Positions 11,901 to 26,900 of a DNA stretch of 64,000 nt are shown one piece after another. How positions within the stretch are numbered: position 1 is the stretch's first letter; every line of letters starts with the position of its first letter. Origin of the DNA: Eledone cirrhosa (lineage: Eukaryota). A program made the position numbers and the translations under genes. The notes under the pieces are model-generated. The model searched no databases, was not told the origin of the DNA, and saw only the letters and a list, made by a program, of their open reading frames with translations. The DNA is taken from positions 20,584,001 to 20,648,000 of the forward strand of contig OZ024749.1 of the NCBI GenBank assembly GCA_964016885.1. The letters are read 5' to 3'.

Positions 11901-14900
11901 GACAGTACAGTGGACTATTCCATACTGTGGTACCTACTTACAGGTAGGTGGACTGTGACTGTTGACAGTACAGTGGACTATACCATACTGTGGTACCTAC
12001 TTAGAGCTAGGTGGACTGTGACTGTTGACATAGTACAGTGGACTATACCATACTGTGGTAAATACTTACAGCTAGGTGGACTGAGCTGTTGACATAGTAC
12101 AGTGGACTATACCATACTGTGGTACCTACTTACAGCTAGGTGGACTGTGACTGTTGACAGTACAGTGGACTATACCATACTGTGGTACCTACTTACAGCT
12201 AGGTGGACTGTGACTGTTGACATATTACAGTGGACTATACCATACTGTGGTACCTACTTACAGCTAGGTGCACTGTGACTGTTGACATAGTACAGTGGAC
12301 TATACCAACTGTGGTACCTACTTACAGCTAGGTAGTCTGAGCTGTTGAGATAGTACAGTGGACTATACCATACTGTGGTACCTACTTACAGCTAGGTGGA
12401 CTGTGACTGTTGACAGTACAGTGGACTATACCATACTGTGGTACCTACTTACAGCTAGGTGGACTGTGACTGTTGACATAGTACAGTGGACTATACCAAC
12501 TGTGGTACCGACTTACAGCTAGCTGGACTGAGCTGTTGACATAGTACAGTGGACTATACCATACTGTGGTACCTACTTACAGCTAGGTGGACTGTGACTG
12601 TTGACAGTACAGTGGACTATACCAGACTGTGGTACCTACTTACAGCTAGGTGGACTGTGACTGTTGGAACAGTACAGTGGACTATACCATACTGTGGTGC
12701 CTACTTACAGCTAGGTGGACTGTGACTGTTGACAGTACTGTGGACTATACCATACTGTGGTACCTACTTACAGCTAGGTGGAGTGTGACTGTTGACATAG
12801 TACAGTGGACTATACCATACTGTGGTACCTACTTACAGCTAGGTGGAATGTGACTGTTGACATAGTACAGTGGACTATACCATACTGTGGTACCTACTTA
12901 CAGCTAGGTGGACTGTGACTGTTGACATAGTACAGTGGACTATACCAAACTGTGGTACCTACTTACAGCTAGGTGGACTGTGACTGTTGACAGTACAGTG
13001 GACTATACCATACTGTGGTACCTACTTACAGCTAGGTGGACTGTGACTGTTGACATAGTACAGTGGACTATACCATACTGTGGTACCTACTTACAGCTAG
13101 GTGGACTGAGCTGTTGACATAGTACAGTGGACTATACCATACTGTGGTACCTACTTACAGCTAGGTAGACTGAGCTGTTGACATAGTACAGTGGACTATA
13201 CCATACTGTGGTACCTACTTACAGCTAGGTGGACTGTGACTGTTGACAGTACAGTGGACTATACCATACTGTGGTACCTACTTACAGCTAGGTGGACTGT
13301 GACTGTTGACATAGTACAGTGGACTATACCAACTGTGGTACCTACTTACAGCTAGCTGGACTGAGCTGTTGACATAGTACAGTGGACTATACCATACTGT
13401 GGTACCTACTTACAGCTAGCTAGACTGTGACTGTTGACAGTACAATGGACTATACCATACTGTGGTACCTACTTACAGCTAGGTGGACTGTGACTGTTCA
13501 CATAGTACAGTGGACTATACCAACTGTGGTACCTACTTACAGCTAGGTGGACTGAGCTGTTGACATAGTACAGTGGACTATACCATACTGTTCTACCTAC
13601 TTACAGCTAGGTGGACTGTGACTGTTGACAGTACAGTGGACTATACCATACTGTGGGACCTACTTACAGCTAGGTGGACTGTGACTGTTGACATAGTACA
13701 GTGGACTATACCATACTGTTGTACCTACTTACAGCTAGGTGGACTATACCACACTGTGGTACCTACTTAGAGCTAGGTGGACTGTGACTATTGACATAGT
13801 ACAGTGGACTATACCATACTGTGGTGCCTACTTACAGCTAGGTGGACTGTGACTGTTGGCACAGTACAGTGGACTATACCATACTGTGGTACCTACTTAC
13901 AGCTAGGTGGACTGTGACACTTGACAGTACAGTGGACTATACCAGACTGTGGTCCCTACTTACAGCTAGGTGGACTGAGCTGTTGACAGTACAGTGGACT
14001 ATACCATACTGTGGTAGCTACTTACAGCTAGGTGGACTGTGACTGTTGGCACAGTACAGTGGACTATACCAGACTGTGGTACCTACTGACAGCTAGGTGG
14101 ACTGAGATGTTGACATAGTACAGTGGACTATACCATACTGTGGTTCCTACTTACAGCTAGGTGGACTGTGACTTTTGACAGTACAGTGGACTATACCATA
14201 CTGTGGAGCCTACTTACAGCTAGGTGGACTGTGACTGTTGACATAGTAGAGTGGACTATACCATACTGTGGTACCTACTTACAGCTAGGTGGACTGTGAC
14301 TGTTGACAGTACAGTGGACTATACCATACTGTGGTACATACTTACAGCTAGGTGGACTATACCACACTGTGGTACCTACTTAGAGCTAGGTGGACTGTGA
14401 CTGTTGACATAGTACAGTGGACTATACCATACTGTGGTGCCTACTTACAGCTAGGTGGACTGGGACTGTTGGCACAGTACAGAGGACTATACCATACTGT
14501 GGTACCTACTTACAGCTAGCTGGACTGAGCTGTTGACATAGTACAGTGGACTATACCATACTGTGGTACCTACTTACAGCTAGGTGAACTGTGACTGTTG
14601 ACAGTACAGTGGACTATACCAGACTGTGGTCCCTACTTACAGCTAGGTGGACTGAGCTGTTGACAGTACAGTGGACTATACCATACTGTGGTAGCTACTT
14701 ACAGCTAGGTGGACTGTGACTGTAGGCACAGTACAGTGGACTATACCAGACTGTGGTACCTACTGACAGCTAGGTGGACTGAGATGTTGACATAGTACAG
14801 TGGACTATACCATACTGTGGTACCTACTTACAGCTAGGTGGACTGTGACTGTTGACAGTACAGTGGACTATACCATACTGTGGTGCCTACTTACAGCTAG

Positions 14901-17900
14901 GTGGACTGTGACTGTTGACATAGTAGAGTGGACTATACCATACTGTGGTACCTACTTACAGCTAGGTGGACTGTGACTGTTGACAGTACAGTGGACTATA
15001 CCATACTGTGGTACCTACTTACAGCTAGGTGGACTGTGACTGTTGACAGTACAGTGGACTATACCATACTGTGGTACCTACTTACAGCTTGGTGGACTAT
15101 ACCACACTGTGGTACCTACTTACAGCTAGGTGGACTGTGAGTGTTGAAAGTACAGTGGACTATACCACACTGTGGTACCTACTTACAGCTAGGTAGACTG
15201 TGACTGTTGACAGTACAGTGGACTATACCATACTGTGGTACCTACTTACAGCTAAGTGGACTGTGACTGTTGGCACAGTACAGTGGACTATACCATACTG
15301 TGGTACCTACTTACAGCTAGCTGGACTGTGACTGTTGACAGTACAGTGGACTATACCATACTGTGGTACCTACTTACAGCTAGGTGGACTGTGACTGTTG
15401 GCACAGTACAGTGGACTATACCATACTGTGGTACCTACTTACAGCTAGGTGAACTGTGACTGTTGGCACAGTACAGTGGACTATACCATACTGTGGTACC
15501 TACTTACAGCTAGGTGGACCGTGACTGTTGGCACAGTACAGTGGAATATATCATATAGTGGTACCTACTTACAGCTAGGTGGACTGTGACTGTTGACACT
15601 ACAGTGGACTATACCACACTGTGGTACCTACTTACAGCTAGATGGACTGTGACTGTTGACAGTACAGTGGACTATACCATATTGTGGTACCTACTTACAG
15701 CTAGGTGGACTGTGACTGTTGACATAGTACAGTGGACTATACCATACTGTGGTGCCTACTTACAGCTAGGTGGACTGTGACTGTTGACAGTACAGTGGAC
15801 TATACCATACTGTGGTGCCTACTTACAGCTAGGTGGACTATGACTGTTGACATAGTACAGTGGACTATACCATACTGTGGTACCTACTTACAGCTAGGTG
15901 GACTGTGACTGTTGACAGTACAGTGGACAATACCAGACTGTGGTACCTACTTACAGCTAGGTGGACTGTGACTGTTGACAGTACAGTGTACTATTCCATA
16001 CTGTGGTACCTACTTACAGGTAGGTGGACTGTGACTGTTGACAGTACAGTGGACTATACCATACTGTGGTACCTACTTACAGCTAGGTGGACTGTGACTG
16101 TTGACATAGTACAGTGGACTATACCATACTGTGGTAACTACTTACAGCTAGGTGGACTGAGCTGTTGACATAGTACAGTGGACTATACCATACTGTGGTA
16201 CCTACTTACAGCTAGGTGGACTGTGACTGTTGACAGTACAGTGGACTATACCATACTGTGGTACCTACTTACAGCTAGGTGGACTGTGACTGTTGACATA
16301 TTACAGTGGACTATACCATACTGTGGTACCTACTTACTGCTAGGTGCACTGTGACTGTTGACATAGTACAGTGGACTATACCAACTGTGGTACCTACTTA
16401 CAGCTAGGTAGTCTGAGCTGTTGAGATAGTACAGTGGACTATACCATACTGTGGTACCTACTTACAGCTAGGTGGACTGTGACTGTTGACAGTACAGTGG
16501 ACTATACCATACTGTGGTACCTACTTACAGCTAGGTGGACTGTGACTGTTGACATAGTACAGTGGTCTATACCAACTGTGGTACCGACTTACAGCTAGCT
16601 GGACTGAGCTGTTGACATAGTACAGTGGACTATACCATACTGTGGTACCTACTTACAGCTAGGTGGACTGTGACTGTTGACAGTACAGTGGACTATACCA
16701 GACTGTGGTACCTACTTACAGCTAGGTGGACTGTGACTGTTGGAACAGTACAGTGGACTATACCATACTGTGGTGCCTACTTACAGCTAGGTGGACTGTG
16801 ACTGTTGACAGTACAGTGGACTATACCATACTGTGGTACCTACTTACAGCTAGGTGGAGTGTGACTGTTGACATAGTACAGTGGACTATACCATACTGTG
16901 GTACCTACTTACAGCTAGGTGGAATGTGACTGTTGACATAGTACAGTGGACTATACCATACTGTGGTACCTACTTACAGCTAGGTGGACTGTGACTGTTG
17001 ACATAGTACAGTGGACTATACCAAACTGTGGTACCTACTTACAGCTAGGTGGACTGTGACTGTTGACAGTACAGTGGACTATACCATACTGTGGTACCTA
17101 CTTACAGCTAGGTGGACTGAGCTGTTGACATAGTACAGTGGACTATACCATACTGTGGTACCTACTTACAGCTAGGTGGACTGAGCTGTTGACATAGTAC
17201 AGTGGACTATACCATACTGTGGTACCTACTTACAGCTAGGTAGACTGAGATGTTGACATAGTACAGTGGACTATACCATACTGTGGTACCTACTTACAGC
17301 TAGGTGGACTGTGACTGTTGACAGTACAGTGGACTATACCATACTGTGGTACCTACTTACAGCTAGGTGGACTGTGACTATTGACATAGTACAGTGGACT
17401 ATACCAACTGTGGTACCTACTTACAGCTAGCTGGACTGAGCTGTTGACATAGTACAGTGGACTATACCATACTGTGGTACCTACTTACAGCTAGCTGGAC
17501 TGTGACTGTTGACAGTACAATGGACTATACCATACTGTGGTACCTACTTACAGCTAGGTGGACTGTGACTGTTGACATAGTACAGTGGACTATACCAACT
17601 GTGGTACCTACTTACAGCTAGGTGGACTGAGCTGTTGACATAGTACAGTGGACTATACCATACTGTTCTACCTACTTACAGCTAGGTGGACTGTGACTGT
17701 TGACAGTACAGTGGACTATACCATACTGTGGGACCTACTTACAGCTAGGTTGACTGTGACTGTTGACATAGTACAGTGGACTATACCATACTGTGGTACC
17801 TACTTACAGCTAGGTGGACTATACCACACTGTGGTACCTACTTAGAGCTAGGTGGACTGTGACTATTGACATATTACAGTGGACTATACCATACTGTGGT

Positions 17901-20900
17901 GCCTACTTACAGCTAGGTGGACTGTGACTGTTGGCACAGTACAGTGGACTATACCATACTGTGGTACCTACTTACAGCTAGGTGGACTGTGACTCTTGAC
18001 AGTACAGTGGACTATACCAGACTGTGGTCCCTACTTACAGCTAGGTGGACTGAGCTGTTGACAGTACAGTGGACTATACCATACTGTGGTAGCTACTTAC
18101 AGCTAGGTGGACTGTGACTGTTGGCACAGTACAGTGGACTATACCAGACTGTGGTACCTACTGACAGCTAGGTGGACTGAGATGTTGACATAGTACAGTG
18201 GACTATACCATACTGTGGTTCCTACTTACAGCTAGGTGGACTGTGACTTTTGACAGTACAGTGGACTATACCATACCGTGGTGCCTACTTACAGCTAGGT
18301 GGACTGTGACTGTTGACATAGTAGAGTGGACTATACCATACTGTGGTACCTACTTACAGCTAGGTGGACTGTGACTGTTGACAGTACAGTGGACTATACC
18401 ATACTGTGGTACATACTTACAACTAGGTGGACTGTGACTGTTGACAGTACAGTGGACTATACCATACTGTGGTACCTACTTACAGCTTGGTGGTCTATAC
18501 CACACTGTGGTACCTACTTACAGCTAGGTGGACTGTGACTGTTGAAAGTACAGTGGACTATACCAGACTGTGGTACCTACTTACAGCTAGGTGGACTATA
18601 CCACACTGTGGTACCTACTTACAGCTAGGTAGATTGTGACTGTTGACAGTACAGTGGACTATACCATACTGTGGTACCTACTTACAGCTAGGTGGACTGT
18701 GACTGTTGACATAGTACAGTGGACTATACCATACTGTGGTACCTACTTACAGCTAGGTGGACTATACCACACTGTGGTACCTACTTAGAGCTAGGTGGAC
18801 TGTTACTATTGACATAGTACAGTGGACTATACCATACTGTGGTGCCTACTTACAGCTAGGTGGACTGTGACTGTTGGCACAGTACAGTGGACTATACCAT
18901 ACTGTGGTACCTACTTACAGCTAGGTGGACTGTGACTCTTGACAGTACAGTGGACTATACCAGACTGTGGTCCCTACTTACAGCTAGGTGGACTGAGCTG
19001 TTGACAGTACAGTGGACTATACCATACTGTGGTAGCTACTTACAGCTAGGTGGACTGTGACTGTTGGCACAGTACAGTGGACTACACCAGACTGTGGTAC
19101 CTACTGACAGCTAGGTGGACTGAGATGTTGATATAGTACAGTGGACTATACCATACTGTGGTACCTACTTACAGCTAGGTGGACTGTGACTTTTGACAGT
19201 ACAATGGACTATACCATACTGTGGTGCCTACTTACAGCTAGGTGGACTGTGACTGTTGACATAGTAGAGTGGACTATACCATACTGTGGTACCTACTTAC
19301 AGCTAGGTGGACTGTGACTGTTGACAGTACAGTGGACTATACCATACTGTGGTACATACTTACAGCTAGGTGGACTGTGACTGTTGACAGTACAGTGGAC
19401 TATACCATACTGTGGTACCTACTTACAGCTTGGTGGACTATACCACACTGTGGTACCTACTTACAGCTAGGTGGACTGTGACTGTTTAAAGTACAGTGGA
19501 CTATACCAGACTGTGGTACCTACTTACAGCTAGGTGGACTATACCACACTGTGGTACCTACTTACAGCTAGGTAGATTGTGACTGTTGACAGTACAGTGG
19601 ACTATACCATACTGTGGTACCTACTTACAGCTAAGTGGACTGTGACTGTTGGCACAGTACCGTGGACTATACCAAACTGTGGTACCTGCTTACAGCTAGC
19701 TGGACTGTGACTGTTGACAGTACAGTGGACTATACCATACTGTGGTACCTACTTACAGCTAGGTGGACTGTGACTGTTGGCACAGTACAGTGGACTATAC
19801 CATACTGTGGTACCTACTTACAGCTAGGTGGACTTTGACTGTTGACAGTACAGTGGACTATACCATACTGTGGTACCTACTTACAGCTAGGTGGACTGTG
19901 ACTGTTGACATAGTACAGTGGACTATACCATACTGTGGTACCTACTTACAGCTAGGTGGACTATACCACACTGTGGTACCTACTTAGAGCTAGGTGGACT
20001 GTGACTGTTGACATAGTACAGTGGACTATACCATACTGTGGTGCCTACTTACAGCTAGGTGGACTGGGACTGTTGGCACAGTAGAGAGGACTATACCATA
20101 CTGTGGTACCTACTTACAGCTAGCTGGACTGAGCTGTTGACATAGTATAGTGGACTATACCATACTGTGGTACCTACTTACAGCTAGGTGAACTGTGACT
20201 GTTGACAGTACAGTGGACTATACCAGACTGTGGTCCCTACTTACAGCTAGGTGGACTGAGCTGTTGACAGTACAGTGGACTATACCATACTGTGGTAGCT
20301 ACTTACAGCTAGGTGGACTGTGACTGTAGGCACAGTACAGTGGACTATACCAGACTGTGGTACCTACTGACAGCTAGGTGGACTGAGATGTTGACATAGT
20401 ACAGTGGACTATACCATACTGTGGTACCTACTTACAGCTAGGTGGACTGTGACTGTTGACAGTACAGTGGACTATACCATACTGTGGTGCCTACTTACAG
20501 CTAGGTGGACTGTGACTGTTGACATAGTAGAGTGGACTATACCATACTGTGGTACCTACTTACAGCTAGGTGGACTGTGACTGTTGACAGTACAGTGGAC
20601 TATACCATACTGTGGTACCTACTTACAGCTAGGTGGACTGTGACTGTTGACAGTACAGTGGACTATACCATACTGTGGTACCTACTTACAGCTTGGTGGA
20701 CTATACCACACTGTGGTACCTACTTACAGCTAGGTGGACTGTGACTGTTGAAAGTACAGTGGACTATACCACACTGTGGTACCTACTTACAGCTAGGTAG
20801 ACTGTGACTGTTGACAGTACAGTGGACTATACCATACTGTGGTACCTACTTACAGCTAAGTGGACTGTGACTGTTGGCACAGTACAGTGGACTATACCAT

Positions 20901-23900
20901 ACTGTGGTACCTACTTACAGCTAGCTGGACTGTGACTGTTGACAGTACAGTGGACTATACCATACTGTGGTACCTACTTACAGCTAGGTGGACTGTGACT
21001 GTTGGCACAGTACAGTGGACTATACCATACTGTGGTACCTACTTACAGCTAGGTGAACTGTGACTGTTGGCACAGTACAGTGGACTATACCATACTGTGG
21101 TACCTACTTACAGCTAGGTGGACTGTGACTGTTGGCACAGTACAGTGGAATATATCATATAGTGGTACCTACTTACAGCTAGGTGGACTGTGACTGTTGA
21201 CACTACAGTGGACTATACCACACTGTGGTACCTACTTACAGCTAGATGGACTGTGACTGTTGACAGTACAGTGGACTATACCATATTGTGGTACCTACTT
21301 ACAGCTAGGTGGACTGTGACTGTTGACATAGTACAGTGGACTATACCATACTGTGGTGCCTACTTACAGCTAGGTGGACTGTGACTGTTGACAGTACAGT
21401 GGACTATACCATACTGTGGTGCCTACTTACAGCTAGGTGGACTATGACTGTTGACATAGTACAGTGGACTATACCATACTGTGGTACCTACTTACAGCTA
21501 GGTGGACTGTGACTGTTGACAGTACAGTGGACAATACCAGACTGTGGTACCTACTTACAGCTAGGTGGACTGTGACTGTTGGCACAGTACAGTGGACTAT
21601 ACCATACTGTGGTGCCTACTTACAGGTAGGTGGACTGTGACTGTTGACAGTACAGTGGACTATACCATACTGTGGTACCTACTTACAGCTAGGTGGACTG
21701 TGACTGTTGACATAGTACAGTGGACTATACCATACTGTGGTAACTACTTACAGCTAGGTGGACTGAGCTGTTGACATAGTACAGTGGACTATACCATACT
21801 GTGGTACCTACTTACAGCTAGGTGGACTGTGACTGTTGACAGTACAGTGGACTATACCATACTGTGGTACCTACTTACAGCTAGGTGCACTGTGACTGTT
21901 GACATAGTACAGTGGACTATACCAACTGTGGTACCTACTTACAGCTAGGTAGACTGAGCTGTTGAGATAGTACAGTGGACTATACCATACTGTGGTACCT
22001 ACTTACAGCTAGGTGGACTGTGACTGTTGACAGTACAGTGGACTATACCATACTGTGGTACCTACTTACAGCTAGGTGGACTGTGACTGTTGACATAGTA
22101 CAGTGGACTATACCAACTGTGGTACCGACTTACAGCTAGCTGGACTGAGCTGTTGACATAGTACAGTGGACTATACCATACTGTGGTACCTACTTACAGC
22201 TAGGTGGACTGTGACTGTTGACAGTACAGTGGACTATACCAGACTGTGGTACCTACTTACAGCTAGGTGGACTGTGACTGTTGGAACAGTACAGTGGACT
22301 ATACCATACTGTGGTGCCTACTTACAGCTAGGTGGACTGTGACTGTTGACAGTACAGTGGACTATACCATACTGTGGTACCTACTTACAGCTAGGTGGAG
22401 TGTGACTGTTGACATAGTACAGTGGACTATACCATACTGTGGTACCTACTTACAGCTAGGTGGAATGTGACTGTTGACATAGTACATTGGACTATACCAT
22501 ACTGTGGTACCTACTTACAGCTAGGTGGACTGTGACTGTTGACATAGTACAGTGGACTATACCAAACTGTGGTACCTACTTACAGCTAGGTGGACTGTGA
22601 CTGTTGACAGTACAGTGGACTATACCATACTGTGGTACCTACTTACAGCTAGGTGGACTGTGACTGTTGACATAGTACAGTGGACTATACCATACTGTGG
22701 TACCTACTTACAGCTAGGTGGACTGAGCTGTTGACATAGTACAGTGGACTATACCATACTGTGGTACCTACTTACAGCTAGGTAGACTGAGCTGTTGACA
22801 TAGTACAGTGGACTATACCATACTGTGGTACCTACTTACAGCTAGGTGGACTGTGACTGTTGACAGTACAGTGGACTATACCATACTGTGGTACCTACTT
22901 ACAGCTAGGTGGACTGTGACTGTTGACATAGTACAGTGGACTATACCAACTGTGGTACCTACTTACAGCTAGCTGGACTGAGCTGTTGACATAGTACAGT
23001 GGACTATACCATACTGTGGTACCTACTTACAGCTAGCTGGACTGTGACTGTTGACAGTACAATAGACTATACCATACTGTGGTACCTACTTACAGCTAGG
23101 TGGACTGTGACTGTTGACATAGTACAGTGGACTATACCAACTGTGGTACCTACTTACAGCTAGGTGGACTGAGCTGTTGACATAGTACAGTGGACTATAC
23201 CATACTGTTCTACCTACTTACAGCTAGGTGGACTGTGACTGTTGACAGTACAGTGGACTATACCATACTGTGGTACCTACTTACAGCTAGGTGGACTGTG
23301 ACTGTTGACATAGTACAGTGGACTATACCATACTGTGGTACCTACTTACAGCTAGGTGGACTATACCACACTGTGGTACCTACTTAGAGCTAGGTGGAGT
23401 GTGACTATTGACATAGTACAGTGGACTATACCATACTGTGGTGCCTACTTACAGCTAGGTGGACTGTGACTGTTGGCACAGTACAGTGGACTATACCATA
23501 CTGTGGTACCTACTTACAGCTAGGTGGACTGTGACTCTTGACAGTACAGTGGACTATACCAGACTGTGGTCCCTACTTACAGCTAGGTGGACTGTGCTGT
23601 TGACAGTACAGTGGACTATACCATACTGTGGTAGCTACTTACAGCTAGGTGGACTGTGACTGTTGGCACAGTACAGTGGACTATACCAGACTGTGGTACC
23701 TACTGACAGCTAGGTGGACTGAGATGTTGACATAGTACAGTGGACTATACCATACTGTGGTTCCTACTTACAGCTAGGTGGACTGTGACTTTTGACAGTA
23801 CAGTGGACTATACCATACTGTGGTGCCTACTTACAGCTAGGTGGACTGTGACTGTTGACATAGTAGAGTGGACTATACCATACTGTGGTACCTACTTACA

Positions 23901-23950
23901 GCTAGGTGGACTGTGACTGTTGACAGTACAGTGGACTATACCATACTGTG
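8950..23950. repeat. Block duplication ~9.0-14.3 kb repeated at ~18.7-23.95 kb (offset 9,680, later 9,617)
   Basis: ORF pairs 9180/18860, 9955/19635, 10083/19763, 10852/20532 and 11510/21190 are at +9,680; 12650/22267, 12935/22552 and 13573/23190 are at +9,617. The rare variant GGTACCTGCT is shared near 10001/19681. Ends are approximate. Confidence 0.85.
10260..18410. repeat. Tandem pair of ~4,076-bp higher-order units (~64 monomers each)
   Basis: ORF pairs 10852/14928, 11180/15256, 11510/15586, 11784/15860 and 12650/16726 are at +4,076; 13573/17648 and 13842/17917 are at +4,075. Shared rare variants include GGTAGTCTGAG and CTGTGGGACC. Ends are approximate. Confidence 0.88.
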
Positions 23951-26900
23951 GTACATACTTACAGCTAGGTGGACTGTGACTGTTGACAGTAGAGTGGACT
24001 ATACCATACTGTGGTACCTACTTACAGCTTGGTGGACTATACCACACTGTGGTACCTACTTACAGCTAGCTGGACTGTGACTGTTGAAAGTACAGTGGAC
24101 TATACCATACTGTGGTACCTACTTACAGCTAGGTGGACTATACCACACTGTGGTACCTACTTACAGCTAGGTAGATTGTGACTGTTGACAGTACAGTGGA
24201 CTATACCATACTGTGGTACCTACTTACAGCTAAGTGGACTGTGACTGTTGGCACAGTACAGTGGACTATACCAAACTGTGGTACCTACTTACAGCTAGCT
24301 GGACTGTGACTGTTGACAGTACAGTGGACTATACCATACTGTGGTACCTACTTACAGCTAGGTGGACTGTGACTGTTGGCACAGTACAGTGGACTATACC
24401 ATACTGTGGTACCTACTTACAGCTAGGTGAACTGTGACTGTTGGCACAGTACAGTGGACTATACCATACTGTGGTACCTACTTACAGCTAGGTGGACTGT
24501 GACTGTTGGCACATTACAGTGGACTATACCATACTGTGGTACCTACTTACAGCTAGGTGGACTGTGACTGTTGGCACAGTACAGTGGAATATATCATACA
24601 GTGGTACCTACTTACAGCTAGGTGGACTGTGACTGTTGACACTACAGTGGACTATACCACACTGTGGTACCTACTTACAGCTAGGTGGACTGCGACTGTT
24701 GGCACAGTACAGTGGACTATACCATACTTTGGTACCTACTTACAGCTAGGTGGACTGCGACTGTTGGCACAGTACAGTGGACTATACCATACTGTGGTAC
24801 CTACTTCCAGCTAGGTGGACTGCGACTGTCGGCACAATACAGTGGACTATACCAGACTGTGGAACCTACTTACAGCTAGGTGGACTGTGACTGTTGACAC
24901 CATACAGTGGACTATACCATACTGTGGTACCTACTTACAGCTAGGTGGACTGTGAGTGTTGAGAGTACAGTGGACTATACCATACTGTGGTACCTACTTA
25001 CAGCTAGGTGGAGTGTGACAGTTGACATAGTACAGTGGACTATACCATACTGTGCTACCTACTTACAGCTAGGTGGACTGTGACTGTTGACATAGTACAG
25101 TGGACTATACCATACTGTGGTACCTACTTACAGCTAGGTGAACTGTGACGGTTGACAGTACAGTGGACTATACCATACTGTGGTACCTACTTACAGCCAA
25201 GTGGACTGTGACTGTTGGCACAGTACAGTGGACTATACCATACTGTGGTACCTACTTACAGCTAGCTGGACTGTGACAGTTGACAGTACAGTGGACTATA
25301 CCATACTGTGGTACCTACTTACAGCTAGGTGGACTGTGACTGTTGGCACAGTACAGTGGACTATACCATACTGTGGTACCTACTTACAGCTAGGTGAACT
25401 GTGACTGTTGGCACAGTACAGTGGACTATACCATACTGTGGTACCTACTTACAGCTAGGTGGACTGTGACTGTTGGCACAGTACAGTGGACTCTACCATA
25501 CTGTGGTACCTACTTACAGCTAGGTGGACTGTGACTGTTGGCACAGTACAGTGGAATATATCATACAGTGGTACCTACTTACAGCTAGGTGGACTTTTAC
25601 AGTTGACAGTACAGTGGACTATACCACACTGTGGTACCTACTTACAGCTAGGTGGAATGCGACTGTTGGCACAGTACAGTGGACTATACCATACTTTGGT
25701 ACCTACTTACAGCTAAGTGGACTGTGACTGTTGGCACAGTACAGTGGACTATACCAAACTGTGGTACCTACTTACAGATAGCTGGACTGTGACTGTTGAC
25801 AGTACAGTAGACTATACCATACTGTGGTACCTACTTACAGCTAGGTGGACTGTGACTGTTGGCACAGTACAGTGGACTATACCATACTGTGGTACCTACT
25901 TACAGCTAGGTGAACTGTGACTGTTGGCACAGTACAGTGGACTATACCATACTGTGGTACCTACTTACAGCTAGGTGGACTGTGACTGTTGGCACATTAC
26001 AGTGGACTATACCATACTGTGGTACCTACTTACAGCTAGGTGGACTGTGACTGTTGGCACAGTACAGTGGAATATATCATACAGTGGTACCTACTTACAG
26101 CTAGGTGGACTGTGACTGTTGACACTACAGTGGACTATACCACACTGTGGTACCTACTTACAGCTAGGTGGACTGCGACTGTTGGCACAGTACAGTGGAC
26201 TATACCATACTTTGGTACCTACTTACAGCTAGGTGGACTGCGACTGTTGGCACAGTACAGTGGACTATACCATACTGTGGTACCTACTTCCAGCTAGGTG
26301 GACTGCGACTGTTGGCACAATACAGAGGACTATACCAGACTGTGGAACCTACTTACAGCTAGGTGGACTGTGACTGTTGACACCATACAGTGGACTATAC
26401 CATACTGTGGTACCTACTTACAGCTAGGTGGACTATACCACACTGTGGTACCTACTTACAGCTAGGTGGACTGAGCTGTTGACAGTACAGTGGACTATAC
26501 CATACTGTGGTAGCTACTTACAGCTAGGTGGACTGAGCTGTTGACATAGTACAGTGGACTATACCATACTGTGGTACCTACTTACAGCTAGGTGGACTGT
26601 GACTGTTGGCACAGTACAGTGGACTGTACCAGACTGTGGTAACTACTTACAGCTAGGTGGACTGAGCTGTTGACATAGTACAGTGGACTATACCAGACTG
26701 TGGTCCCTACTTACAGGTAGGTGGACTGTGACTGTTGACAGTACAGTGGACTATACCATACTCTGGTACCTACTTACAGCTTGGTGGACTATACCACACT
26801 GTGGTACCTACGTACAGCTAGGTGGACTGTGACGGTTGACAGTACAGTGGACTATACCATACTGTGGTACCTACTTACAGCTAAGTGGACTGTGACTGTT

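Larger units (their letters stand above)
1..24200. repeat. Left subfamily domain of the array
   Basis: Diagnostic variants seen only here: CATAGTAGAGTGG (last near 23860), CTGTTCTACC, CTACTGACAG...GAGATGTTG, GACTCTTGAC, ATCATATAGTGG, GCTAGATGG, GTTGAAAGTAC. The boundary is approximate. Confidence 0.85.
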
